IMG/VR virus record: IMGVR_UViG_3300017912_002579
Location: 1 to 43,946 of that record
Reading direction: 5' to 3' (one strand)
DNA: 43,946 nucleotides
Origin: a virus
Lineage: Duplodnaviria > Caudoviricetes
The translations under genes were made by a program, and so were the position numbers. Within the stretch, counting starts at the first letter, position 1; each line of letters starts with the position of its first letter. Below are positions 1 to 9,100 of the stretch, piece by piece. The notes under the pieces were generated by a model. The model saw only the letters and a list, made by a program, of their open reading frames with translations. It was not told the origin of the DNA and searched no databases.

Positions 1-81
1 AGCTCGCAGTCAGATCAGAACGCACAACACAACCACACAGCAACGGCAACATCCAGCGTCACTGACCCTGGTCACTTCCAC
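1..81 (+). repeat. Copy 1 of an 81-bp near-identical repeat shared with 43063-43143
   Basis: Bases 1-53 match 43063-43115 exactly. Only 2 mismatches in 81 bp (positions 54 and 66), both synonymous. Confidence 0.95.
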
Positions 82-348
82 TATGCGTTTGCCAATGATT
101 TTGTTGGCAACCAAGATCGACTGATTGACGTTGCTGGGCAAGATAAGCGTGCAGCAGCTGATGGTCAGGTTGGTAACGACTCACGCCAAGATTACAAAAT
201 GGCTCACACAACTGGGGCTGCAGACACTGGTCGCACCAACGTGCAGACAACTGGTATTTCGGTTAGCACGTCTGTGACGGTGAACAACAGTGCTGCTGGT
301 GAGGCCAGACCACGTAACATAGCTATGATGTACGTCATTAAAACGTAA
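1..348 (+). CDS. 3' part of a tail fibre/tail-collar protein (tip allele A), 5'-truncated by the window edge
   Basis: Frame 1 is open from base 1 to TAA 346-348: SSQSDQNAQHNHTATATSSVTDPGHFH...EARPRNIAMMYVIKT. It has HxH motifs and the same C-terminus as CDS 42238-43335. Confidence 0.85.
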   Translation, partial: SSQSDQNAQHNHTATATSSVTDPGHFHYAFANDFVGNQDRLIDVAGQDKRAAADGQVGNDSRQDYKMAHTTGAADTGRTNVQTTGISVSTSVTVNNSAAGEARPRNIAMMYVIKT

Positions 349-353
349 ACGTC

Positions 354-3300
354 ATGGCAAATAAGAAGATCACCGAACTCGATGCCGCTACAACGCTGGC
401 GTCAACTGACGTGGTGCCTGTTGTTGACGTAAGCGCAGACGAGACAAAAAAGATTACAGCGACCAACCTGTTCCGCACGTTGCCTGATGGAACGGCAGCC
501 GCACCAGCGTTGGCATTTAGCTCGGACCAAGCAAACGGCGTTTACCTTGCTGGTACGGATACTGTCGGCATTAGCACTGGTGGAACGCAACGTGTCACGG
601 TTGATGGCAGCGGCAACGTCACCATTTCTGGTGATCTGACGGTTAGTGGCGCAACCACCACAGTTGAAAGCACGACCGTCACGATCGACGACAAAAACAT
701 TGAGCTGGGCTCTGTTGCATCACCTAGCAACACCACTGCTGATGGTGGCGGCATCACGCTGAAAGGTGCGACTGATAAGACTATTAAGTGGATTAACAGC
801 ACGGGTTACTGGACGTTTAACACTGGCATTGAGGTTGGCGGTCATCTGCAGATTGATGACAGCAATCAGATTAGGGTTGGTACGGGGGCGGATTTAGTAA
901 TCCGTCACAACGGCACTGATACAATCTTTGAAAATGACACCGGGCACATATATGTCAGCAACTATGCAAACGACAAAGACATAACTCTGCGAAGCGATGA
1001 TGGCTCAGGCGCTGTTACAAATTACATTCTGTGTGACGGCAGTGAAGGCAATGTTCGGCTTTATCACTACGGAACACAAAAGCTTGGGACTAACTCAGGC
1101 GGCATTGACGTAACAGGCGAAGTTCAATGTGACTCGCTTGATGTTGATGGGACGGGTGATATTAGTGGTCAACTGACGGTACATGGTCCTTTACACGTTG
1201 GCAATGAGCTTAACCTTATGGGCAATAGTGACGCACCAAAGTATTTAGACGTACGGATTGGAAGCGATGCTTTTACTATTCGTGGCACATCAGGCGGTGA
1301 CGCTAACCATGAAACCATGGCGCAGTTTTTCCGCAATGGCCCTGTATATATTTTCTACGATAATAGTCGAAAATTTGCGACAAAATCAGACGGCATCGAT
1401 GTAACTGGCGAAGTCCAGTGTGACTCACTTGATGTTGATGGCGCAGCTGACATCACTGGAACGGTAACGCTTCACGGCAATCTTGACTTGCAAGATAGCG
1501 ACAAGATCCTGCTGGGCACGGGTGATGACCTAGAGATTTATCACGATGGCAGCAACTCGTTTATTAAAGATGCCGGCACTGGTGAGCTAAAAATTGCTGG
1601 CACGACCAGGATGGTCAATGGCGCAAACTCAGAAACTTTGGCTAGATTTGTGCCTGATGGTGTAGTAGAGCTTTTTCACAACAACGCTAAAAAGTTTTCA
1701 ACCAAATCAGACGGCATCGACATAACCGGAGAGGTTCAGTGCGACTCACTGGATGTTGATGGAGCGGGTGATATTTCCGGAAACCTGACGGTCGATAGCG
1801 GTACGCTTCATGTTGACGCGACAAACAATCGTGTTGGCATTGGCACGTCGTCGGCCGACGGCAAACTAGACGTTTTTGATGGAACGAATGTTGACGCATA
1901 TTTTGGTACTAATACAGACAGCGTTTATCTAAAACAATCTGGCACTGTAACAGGTATTCAGTTTGGTTCTAATAGACCTGGTCGAACTGGAGCAAACAGA
2001 ATTTTTCAATTCAATCGCAGCAATGGAGTATTTCAGTACTTAGCTGGAACCAACGGCTCTGAAACGGAGCGGATACGCATCAGCAACTCTGGGAATGTTG
2101 CTATTGGGAACACGTCCGCGGATGGCAGGTTACATGTAAGAAAAGACGGAACTGGACAAGTACTGCAAATTTGGCAATCTGATTTAGGTACAAACAATAG
2201 AAACATTCAGCTTAAATCTCCTTCATCAGATTCTGCAGTAGAACCTTTCACCTTTGCCACAGGTAATTCATTTGCAGTTCAAATTGACAGCAGTGAAGCT
2301 TTTCGCATCGACAGTTCAGGCAACTGCGGCATTGGAGTGACGACACCTGGGGGCAATCTGCACGTTCAAGGCGGGACAGGAGACGCCGGTCGAATTTATC
2401 TAACTGATGGCGATACGACCGGAGTAGGAAACTCAACGTTGTTGATGAAGTCTGGGGCAACAACTCAGCTTAGGGACAGGCAGTCTGGGTCATCTATGTC
2501 TTTTTGGACAGGAGATACCCAGCGTTTAACCATCGACAGCTCTGGCAATGTTGGTATTGGGGTATCGTCGCCTTCCTTCTCCAATGGCTCTGGTCTAGAA
2601 ATTCAACGCGCTGGAATCTCTACTTTAAGAATTGAGGATTCATCTGGTAACGGTGCAGCTGTTGAAATTTTTGCAGACGATGGCAACATGTCTGCTGTTT
2701 ATGATTCGCGTGGAGGCTCTGCAAATCTCGGTCATCAGTTCAGAGTAAATGGATCGGAAAAAGCACGCATCGACAGCTCTGGCAACGTTGGCATTGGGGT
2801 ATCATCACCAGAAGATCGTCTGCATATTAAAAGTAATGCTTCTTCAACATCACTTCGCGTAAGTACTGACCGCAACAGTTCAACTTATGGCAACTCGTGC
2901 ATAGTATTTGACTCCCCCAGAAGTAACAGCAGTGATGGCGCGCGTCATGCCGGACGCGGCATGATTAGTTGCCTTGGCAACTCTGCTGCTACCAGTGGTA
3001 TTGTTTGGTTATCAGCAGGTTCTGCAAGTTTAGACCCTGACGAAACAGACACTCAATTAAAGGCAAATCAAAGCGGACTACGATTAGAGTCAGACGGTAG
3101 CTTGGAGCATTGGGCGTCCAATAACGCAAGGTTTGTTGTTTCCTCGGATGGCAAAGCTGGTATCAATGGAATAACAGATCCTAAAGCTGTACTTGACGTT
3201 GGACGTCTGGGTAGTGGTTGGACTGGGGCTGATCCTATTGCTGGTACAGCTCTGTTTGTCCACAATGGAAACAACTTAGCTGCTTCTCCAGCTGCCGTCC

Positions 3301-5471
3301 AAATTAGTGGAGGTTCAACTTCCCAATCATCTATTTATTTCGGTGATGAGGGTGATTCAGATGTTGGTTCTATTCAATACTTCCACTCCAACAACGCCCT
3401 AGTTTTCAGGGCGAACAATGGGGAGAGGATGCGCCTGACGAGCACTGGCCTTCTTGGCATTGGAACGTCGTCGCCTGCTGCAAGGTTGGATGTTAAAGGG
3501 AACGCCGTTATTGGAGCTACAACAGGCACTGCTGCTATTGAGGTTGGTCTAGGTGCAACTGAAAACCGCAATGCACTTATAGATTTTGTTGGAGACACAA
3601 CTTACTCCGACTATGGCTTGCGAGTACAGCGCGGCGGTGGAGGGGCAAATTCAACATCTTATATTTTTCACAGAGGAACTGGTGCTTTTAGGTTAGTCGC
3701 GCAAGAAGCAGCACCGATTGCGTTTTGGACATCAAACACCGAACGCTTCCGTGTCACCAGCGGTGGCAATGTTGGCATTGGAACGTCAAGTCCTGACGAA
3801 GCTCTCGACGTTCGCGCCGGTTCCTATGCTAACAACCAAGACGCTGGTATTCAGCTAGCGGTGCCTGGTGGTCAGTGGAAGTCCGGGCTGAAAATCAAGT
3901 CGGACAGCAGCGGAGTTCCAAGGCTCTGTTTGGACGTAATGTCAAATGATACGGGTGGAACTACTGAAGTCCTGAGTCTCGCTAATACTGGAAATGTTGG
4001 GATTGGAACGTCAAGTCCTGCGACTACATTAGAACTTAAATCAGATGCAAACGCTCAAACAACTGCAACAATTCCAACTTTAAGAATTACAAATGACGAC
4101 GGCAGTGCTGTCGCAAATGATATTACTGGCTCTGTTGAATTTTTCTCAGAAGACACAAGTGATCCAAATCACGTTAGCGGCTTTATGCGTGCTATCAGTG
4201 AAACTTCTGCGGGTGTTAATTACGCTCTAACTTTTGGCACAAAAAACAGCTCAATCGGAGATGCTGCTGAGCGATTCCGCATTACATCAACTGGTGCGTG
4301 GGCGATTGAAGGCGCATCGAACTACGGCACCAGCGGTCAGGTTTTAACCAGCAACGGTAACGACGCTCCAACTTGGCAAAGCCCTAACGCTGGAGCGCAG
4401 ATTCTTGCAGGCAACACCAACGTTGAGTGTGTTGATACGGGCAGTAATGGTCACATCCTGTTCGACACTGAAGGTAGTGAGAGGATGCGTATTTCATCTG
4501 GTGGTGAGGTTTGCATTGGGGGCACCTCTACTGATGGTCATCTTGAAGTTCGCAGTTCAAGTGCTAAAGGGATTATTTCAAGATCCACTACCACCCAAAC
4601 TACTAACACCAACAAAGCATTTAGGGTTCGAAATAACAGCGCCACAGATACTTTTTCTGTCAGCTATAGAGGCTTGGTGCAGGTGACGGGAGAAGTTGAC
4701 TTTAGCAACCATTTCCGAGTTAACCAAACTACAACAAATACGCCTGGTTCGGGCAACACGACTTTAGGTTGTGCTTTTGAAGATAACGGCGCAAATGGTG
4801 CCACTCTGTTTACTTCAAGGTCAGGTAATTTTTCTGCCTGTTTTAACAGGGCTCAAGATGGAACAGTCGTTCAATTCAACAGCGGAGGAAATGCAGAGGG
4901 TGACGTAAGCATTTCTGGCAGCACGACTTCATACAACGGTGCTCACCTGTCTCGCTGGTCGCAACTTGCAGGCAACGCAGAACGAATTGAAATCTTGCGT
5001 GGTTCGGTGCTTAGCAACCTCGATGAGATGTGCGAGTGGGCTCATGCTGCTCAAGATGAGGTGCTTTGGACGACAGAAGATGAGCTTCCTGAAGGCGTCA
5101 GCGTTGGTGATGTAAAAACACCCGCTCGTGATGCCTACACAGAACTAAACGAACAGCTGAACCGCATGAAGGTCAGCGATGTTGAAGGTGATCGCAACGT
5201 CGCGGGTGTGTTCCAATCTTGGGACGATGATGACGATACGTTTGTCAACGACTTCTATTGCGCTGTAACTGGTGACTTTGTCATTCGCATTGCACAAGGC
5301 ACCACCGTTGCACGCGGTGATCTGCTGATGTCTGCTGGTGATGGAACAGCAAAACCGCAGGATGATGACATCGTGCGTTCCAAGACTGTTGCCAAGGTGA
5401 CTAGCACCACGGTTTCCACCACTTACGCCGACGGCAGTTATTGCGTACCTTGTGTGCTGATGGCTTGCTAA
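354..5471 (+). CDS. Giant tail fibre/spike (1705 aa) with internal repeats and probable C-terminal intramolecular chaperone/autoprocessing domain
   Basis: N-terminal MANKKITEL module typical of cyanophage fibres. Three GID(V/I)TGEVQCDSLDVDG repeats and many RIxSSGNVGIGxSSP repeats. C-terminus GDFVIRIAQG...GDLLMSAGDGTAK...VPCVLMAC is a recurrent cyanophage fibre end. Confidence 0.8.
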   Translation: MANKKITELDAATTLASTDVVPVVDVSADETKKITATNLFRTLPDGTAAAPALAFSSDQANGVYLAGTDTVGISTGGTQRVTVDGSGNVTISGDLTVSGATTTVESTTVTIDDKNIELGSVASPSNTTADGGGITLKGATDKTIKWINSTGYWTFNTGIEVGGHLQIDDSNQIRVGTGADLVIRHNGTDTIFENDTGHIYVSNYANDKDITLRSDDGSGAVTNYILCDGSEGNVRLYHYGTQKLGTNSGGIDVTGEVQCDSLDVDGTGDISGQLTVHGPLHVGNELNLMGNSDAPKYLDVRIGSDAFTIRGTSGGDANHETMAQFFRNGPVYIFYDNSRKFATKSDGIDVTGEVQCDSLDVDGAADITGTVTLHGNLDLQDSDKILLGTGDDLEIYHDGSNSFIKDAGTGELKIAGTTRMVNGANSETLARFVPDGVVELFHNNAKKFSTKSDGIDITGEVQCDSLDVDGAGDISGNLTVDSGTLHVDATNNRVGIGTSSADGKLDVFDGTNVDAYFGTNTDSVYLKQSGTVTGIQFGSNRPGRTGANRIFQFNRSNGVFQYLAGTNGSETERIRISNSGNVAIGNTSADGRLHVRKDGTGQVLQIWQSDLGTNNRNIQLKSPSSDSAVEPFTFATGNSFAVQIDSSEAFRIDSSGNCGIGVTTPGGNLHVQGGTGDAGRIYLTDGDTTGVGNSTLLMKSGATTQLRDRQSGSSMSFWTGDTQRLTIDSSGNVGIGVSSPSFSNGSGLEIQRAGISTLRIEDSSGNGAAVEIFADDGNMSAVYDSRGGSANLGHQFRVNGSEKARIDSSGNVGIGVSSPEDRLHIKSNASSTSLRVSTDRNSSTYGNSCIVFDSPRSNSSDGARHAGRGMISCLGNSAATSGIVWLSAGSASLDPDETDTQLKANQSGLRLESDGSLEHWASNNARFVVSSDGKAGINGITDPKAVLDVGRLGSGWTGADPIAGTALFVHNGNNLAASPAAVQISGGSTSQSSIYFGDEGDSDVGSIQYFHSNNALVFRANNGERMRLTSTGLLGIGTSSPAARLDVKGNAVIGATTGTAAIEVGLGATENRNALIDFVGDTTYSDYGLRVQRGGGGANSTSYIFHRGTGAFRLVAQEAAPIAFWTSNTERFRVTSGGNVGIGTSSPDEALDVRAGSYANNQDAGIQLAVPGGQWKSGLKIKSDSSGVPRLCLDVMSNDTGGTTEVLSLANTGNVGIGTSSPATTLELKSDANAQTTATIPTLRITNDDGSAVANDITGSVEFFSEDTSDPNHVSGFMRAISETSAGVNYALTFGTKNSSIGDAAERFRITSTGAWAIEGASNYGTSGQVLTSNGNDAPTWQSPNAGAQILAGNTNVECVDTGSNGHILFDTEGSERMRISSGGEVCIGGTSTDGHLEVRSSSAKGIISRSTTTQTTNTNKAFRVRNNSATDTFSVSYRGLVQVTGEVDFSNHFRVNQTTTNTPGSGNTTLGCAFEDNGANGATLFTSRSGNFSACFNRAQDGTVVQFNSGGNAEGDVSISGSTTSYNGAHLSRWSQLAGNAERIEILRGSVLSNLDEMCEWAHAAQDEVLWTTEDELPEGVSVGDVKTPARDAYTELNEQLNRMKVSDVEGDRNVAGVFQSWDDDDDTFVNDFYCAVTGDFVIRIAQGTTVARGDLLMSAGDGTAKPQDDDIVRSKTVAKVTSTTVSTTYADGSYCVPCVLMAC

Positions 5472-5506
5472 TCAGCAGTTAAAATCTACCTGCAAGGACT
5501 TTCCCA

Positions 5507-5830
5507 ATGTCTACACCCACAACAACGTTCACTTGGGCCGTTGGCACCATGGATCGTCAGCTGAGCAACGGTGCTGTGCAAACCGTGCATTACACCGTTA
5601 AAGCTAACGACGGCACTTATTCCTCTGGTGCGTATGGCAGCGTTGGTCTTGACCAACCTGAAGATGACGCAGATCTGACTGCTTACTCAGAGCTGACCGA
5701 ATCTTGGGCAGTTGCTGCCGTGCAAGCCAAGCTTGGTGGTGCGGACAAGGTTGCTGAAATCGAAGCTGCGCTCCAGAACCAATTGGATTTGCAGCGGACC
5801 CCAGTCAGCGGCTCTGGAGTTCCTTGGTAA
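5507..5830 (+). CDS. Conserved cyanophage fibre-associated protein
   Basis: TFTWAVGTMDR...VHYTV...GAYGSVGL...SGVPW pattern, immediately after the fibre gene. Confidence 0.7.
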   Translation: MSTPTTTFTWAVGTMDRQLSNGAVQTVHYTVKANDGTYSSGAYGSVGLDQPEDDADLTAYSELTESWAVAAVQAKLGGADKVAEIEAALQNQLDLQRTPVSGSGVPW

Positions 5831-5833
5831 TAG

Positions 5834-5959
5834 ATGGCTAAATCACTAAATGGTGAGTCATTTGTACCTAAGAAGCCCAAGAAGACCAGTCAGGGAAATG
5901 GCTCACATTCTCGCCCATCACACGGTCGCAAGAAGTACCGTGGCCAGGGAAAACGTTAG
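5834..5959 (+). CDS. Small basic protein (41 aa), cyanophage KKYRGQGK family
   Basis: Read by hand: MAKSLNGESFVPKKPKKTSQGNGSHSRPSHGRKKYRGQGKR. Fills the gap between its neighbours. Confidence 0.7.
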   Translation: MAKSLNGESFVPKKPKKTSQGNGSHSRPSHGRKKYRGQGKR

Positions 5960-5970
5960 ACCTCTTCCAA

Positions 5971-6312
5971 ATGTTCAAAATCCTTCTTGCGAGTGGTGTT
6001 GCCGCTTCGGCGTGTGCGCTGGCATCTCCTGCTCAAGCCGATTGGTACGTCAACCCTGAGCTTAACGTCGGCGTCGGCCTGGATTCTGGAACTGGATCTG
6101 GAATCCTTGAGACGCACCTCGGTTATGACTTCGAGAACGGTGCTTATGTCCAGTTGGGGCCTGCAGCTGTTTTCCCTGACTCCACCAAAAGTGAAGTTGA
6201 GTTCACAGGCAAGGCTGGCATCAGCGGCGGCCCTCTCTACGGCGAGGTTTCGTTTGGTACGGGTGACGAGCTTGGCCTTGGTTTCAAGACTGGCGCTAAG
6301 TTCTCATTCTGA
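5971..6312 (+). CDS. Small outer-membrane beta-barrel-like protein with signal peptide
   Basis: Signal peptide ending AQA-D, alternating hydrophobic beta-strand pattern, terminal Phe (GAKFSF) typical of BamA substrates. Confidence 0.65.
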   Translation: MFKILLASGVAASACALASPAQADWYVNPELNVGVGLDSGTGSGILETHLGYDFENGAYVQLGPAAVFPDSTKSEVEFTGKAGISGGPLYGEVSFGTGDELGLGFKTGAKFSF

Positions 6313-6334
6313 GCTACGATTAAGTGGCAGAGCT

Positions 6335-6370
6335 GCCCTTCCTGATCTCACACAGCAGGGAGGGCTTTTT
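6335..6370 (+). terminator. Rho-independent terminator
   Basis: GCCCTTCCTG-(11 nt loop)-CAGGGAGGGC forms a 10-bp stem with one G-U pair, followed by TTTTT. Confidence 0.75.
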
Positions 6371-6380
6371 CATATCAGCC

Positions 6381-6611
6381 ATGCAAAAGATCTACAACTT
6401 GCTCGGAACTTTGGGCTTTGTGATATCTGGCACGATGGCAATCGGCGGTATGCTGGCCTACACACGCGTGCCGTCAATGGTCAAAGATTACGCCAGCGAG
6501 CTTAAGCTGGAACTGACCAAAACAATCCTGGATCAGGTGCCGGTACCAGAGATTCCTAAGATGCCGCAGCTGCCAACAGAGACCGGCCCGGCCATCCCGT
6601 CAATCAATTGA
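6381..6611 (+). CDS. Small membrane protein with Pro-rich tail
   Basis: MQKIYNLLGTLGFVISGTMAIGGMLAY transmembrane segment. ATG 6381 preferred because the longer ORF start would run through the terminator. Confidence 0.65.
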   Translation: MQKIYNLLGTLGFVISGTMAIGGMLAYTRVPSMVKDYASELKLELTKTILDQVPVPEIPKMPQLPTETGPAIPSIN

Positions 6612-6624
6612 GTGATTAGATCTC

Positions 6625-7152
6625 ATGGAAATCCGTGAGATCGTCGTGCCTGAAATTAACTCGGCTGTGGACCTGCCGCGTGTCGCAATACCGCAAGCAC
6701 CGCCGGTCACACTAGATATCGGCGTGCCAGTAATAGAACTGCCTCACTTCAATCCGATGGATATTGAGCCTGAGGTTGAGCCGCAGCCTGTCAAGCCTGC
6801 AAGGCCCAGGCCTGCTGATCCACCACCAGCTGCAACGCCACCGCCGGTCAAGCTCCCCAAAAAAGAACAACCAACAGCACCAGCACCAGAAACACCAGCA
6901 CAATCACCCGTCGAGCCTAAACCGCTAACCCAGCGTATCGTCGAAGCAATCCCGACTATCCCGCAGGCGGTTAATACGGCTGGCACATCGGCCATCGCAG
7001 TATCAGCTGCTCTAGCCACTCCCATACTGCTCAAAGCGATCCGGCCGACGATTAGGAAGTTGGCAAAAAAACTTCAGCAGGCACTGGGTAAAAGAGTCAA
7101 AGTTGAGAGTGTCTATGAGCGGAGGAAGTTCCAGAGGTCGTTACGGAAATAG
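6625..7152 (+). CDS. Proline-rich membrane-associated protein
   Basis: Pro-rich middle, hydrophobic AIAVSAALATPILL segment and basic C-terminus. Confidence 0.65.
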   Translation: MEIREIVVPEINSAVDLPRVAIPQAPPVTLDIGVPVIELPHFNPMDIEPEVEPQPVKPARPRPADPPPAATPPPVKLPKKEQPTAPAPETPAQSPVEPKPLTQRIVEAIPTIPQAVNTAGTSAIAVSAALATPILLKAIRPTIRKLAKKLQQALGKRVKVESVYERRKFQRSLRK

Positions 7153-7909
7153 AATGAGTGTGTGGAAGAGGTTGGTGTGCCCGCACATCGCGGCACACCT
7201 TTTCATAGGGGCTGCCTTTAGCGAATCGGATGCCCTTTATCATCAACTCACCACAGTGCTTCAAACGCGAGATCTCAAAATCGAGTCTCTTATTAGCCAG
7301 CAGTTGCTGTTGAAGCGCAAGCTGCGTGTCAACGGCCTCTTTGCACCGGCGCTGTAAGCCCTGATCCAGAGGAATGGTGGCTTGAATCGACAAGCCCAGA
7401 TTCCAGTTGTGATTGTCCTTCTGGCCTGTGCGTGTGTCTTTGAAGAAGAGCACGTCGCCTGGATTGTCTAAGCGTCCATCATCATCGAGGTCTGACAGGT
7501 CATACACCGGATCTGGATAGCTGTATTCATATGGCAGACCCCAGGATTTGGTGCGGTTTAAATACGGTGTCACCGTCAGCGTCGGTCCTTGACACTGGAT
7601 GTTTCCTCCGTAAGTATTCGTGATTGCACTACCCTGGAGTATCTGCACCGCCTGATTACTCACTGACCCGCTGCTGGTCGCAGTCGGGCTGGCGGTGGCC
7701 GAAATGCCGCCGACATCTTGGGCATTGGCTGGCGCGGCAGCAATTATTCCGAGAAGGACGAGACTGTATCCGTGACGCTGGTAATTTCGGTGACCCGCTG
7801 GATGGTGGTCACGTTTGAAAGACCCGGCCCTTTCAGGCTCTCGACGAATTGAAACGCTTCTCCGGGCTTGACGATTGACCAGTTGGGTCGCTCTCCTAAA
7901 GAAGTCCAT
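7097..7909 (-). CDS. Conserved cyanophage exported protein (start codon uncertain)
   Basis: Signal-peptide-like LVLLGIIAAAPANA-Q followed by SSGSVSNQAVQ...IQCQGPTL...RLKHCGEL. The only in-frame ATG lies deep within the upstream gene. Confidence 0.65.
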   Translation of the reverse strand: MDFFRRATQLVNRQARRSVSIRREPERAGSFKRDHHPAGHRNYQRHGYSLVLLGIIAAAPANAQDVGGISATASPTATSSGSVSNQAVQILQGSAITNTYGGNIQCQGPTLTVTPYLNRTKSWGLPYEYSYPDPVYDLSDLDDDGRLDNPGDVLFFKDTRTGQKDNHNWNLGLSIQATIPLDQGLQRRCKEAVDTQLALQQQLLANKRLDFEISRLKHCGELMIKGIRFAKGSPYEKVCRDVRAHQPLPHTHSISVTTSGTSSAHRHSQL

Positions 7910-8136
7910 CCGTTGACCGTGGTGTTGGATACGGGGTTGATTGGGCCATCAGGCTTGATATTGACGCCACTTGCCGAGTATTCAAAGCCTGTTGAGTAGT
8001 TCTCGCTGACGATGGTCTCGGTCACTTTGCTGGTGGTCTCGGTGTGGCTGGTCATGGTGCCTTGGGTGAATTGAGGCACCACGGGCGCTGCTGATGCTGC
8101 CGGTACCAACAACAGCAGCAGAAGCCAACGCATCAT
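7744..8136 (-). CDS. Conserved cyanophage exported protein
   Basis: Signal peptide, then PVVPQFTQGTMTSHTETTSKVTETI. ATGA-type coupling to the upstream gene. Confidence 0.75.
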   Translation of the reverse strand: MMRWLLLLLLVPAASAAPVVPQFTQGTMTSHTETTSKVTETIVSENYSTGFEYSASGVNIKPDGPINPVSNTTVNGWTSLGERPNWSIVKPGEAFQFVESLKGPGLSNVTTIQRVTEITSVTDTVSSFSE

Positions 8137-8621
8137 TCAACTTCGATACTGAGCACCACCTGACCGGTTGCGGTGGTCCCTGCGCCGCCTGCCGTGATAG
8201 TCATGGCACCGTCCGAGGCGATCGTCCCGGCCAAAGAGCCCGCAACGCCTCCAGAAGTCGTCGTCGTGTTACCAAGCATCGGCAGGCTGGTCACCACACC
8301 GCTACTCACTGAGGTGGCAGTCGGGGTGGCGTCACCTTCGATGTAGGACTCGCTGTAAGAGAAGGCGTCTCCCGCTGTTGTAATGCTGTATGCACCTGGT
8401 GTATAGCCCACAGCACTACCAGCTGTGAGAGTCCCGAGAACAGGAGCAGTATCGAGAGTGACGTTAGACCCGCTAACGCTAAGCGTCGAGCCAATCCGTG
8501 AAGCTTGAGATGCAGCGCCATCTACCTGGAGTTGCACAGAGGACTGGATTTTGTGGGTGATGTCTGCCTTAGCAGGCGTCCCCAGCAGCGCTATTCCGAC
8601 GATCAGAAGTGCGCGGTTCAT
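8133..8621 (-). CDS. Conserved cyanophage exported Gly/Ser/Thr-rich protein
   Basis: Signal peptide ending AKA-D, then ITHKIQSSVQLQVDGAASQASRIGS. Confidence 0.75.
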   Translation of the reverse strand: MNRALLIVGIALLGTPAKADITHKIQSSVQLQVDGAASQASRIGSTLSVSGSNVTLDTAPVLGTLTAGSAVGYTPGAYSITTAGDAFSYSESYIEGDATPTATSVSSGVVTSLPMLGNTTTTSGGVAGSLAGTIASDGAMTITAGGAGTTATGQVVLSIEVE

Positions 8622-8884
8622 TTGATGCCTACTTGGGTGTCTTTGTTATCAATGTTAATGTCCTTTTTCTTGCTATTGCCGTTTGACTTGCGCTCGATGC
8701 CGAAAGACGCCATCGCGCCAGTGAGCAGCGAAGCAACGAACGTATTATCCATCTTCATCTGAGGATATATCCCCAGATATGAGATGGTGAGCAGTGCTGC
8801 GCTCCAGGTCAGCACTGCAGTTTTGACGATATCAGCCATGCAGATGCCGTCTCTGTCGTGTTGCTCTTCAAGATTGTTAGCCAT
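8618..8884 (-). CDS. Two-TM membrane protein (holin-like candidate)
   Basis: Two hydrophobic helices and a basic C-terminal tail; adjacent to the lysin. Confidence 0.55.
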   Translation of the reverse strand: MANNLEEQHDRDGICMADIVKTAVLTWSAALLTISYLGIYPQMKMDNTFVASLLTGAMASFGIERKSNGNSKKKDINIDNKDTQVGIK

Positions 8885-8926
8885 GATGAAGCAGAGCTAC
8901 GCTTTACGGTAGCGATCACTTTTGCT

Positions 8927-9100
8927 ATGCTGCTCGTTCTTAAGCCGATTGTGATGACCATGTGGCGGTCCAAGGCATTCAAGGAATTGATCGTGGCGAT
9001 GCTTGAAAAAATCGTTTCCAGAACTGACAACGACCTAGACGATCTAGCAGTCAAGCATTTGAAAGACCTCCTGCTACCTGAGACCCGCGTCGACAAGTGA
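8927..9100 (+). CDS. Small protein upstream of the lysin
   Basis: MLLVLKPIVMTMWRSKAFKELIVAMLEKIVSRTDNDLDD...; overlaps the lysin start (GTGA). Confidence 0.65.
   Translation: MLLVLKPIVMTMWRSKAFKELIVAMLEKIVSRTDNDLDDLAVKHLKDLLLPETRVDK

Noticed and set aside
1-348. Diversity-generating retroelement (TR/VR pair with 43063-43335)
   Set aside because: No reverse transcriptase is present. Differences are not adenine-specific, include a 75-bp length difference, and are synonymous in the conserved 5' part.
1-348. Invertible tail-fibre shufflon (Gin/Cin type)
   Set aside because: The two copies are in direct orientation and no serine or tyrosine invertase was seen.
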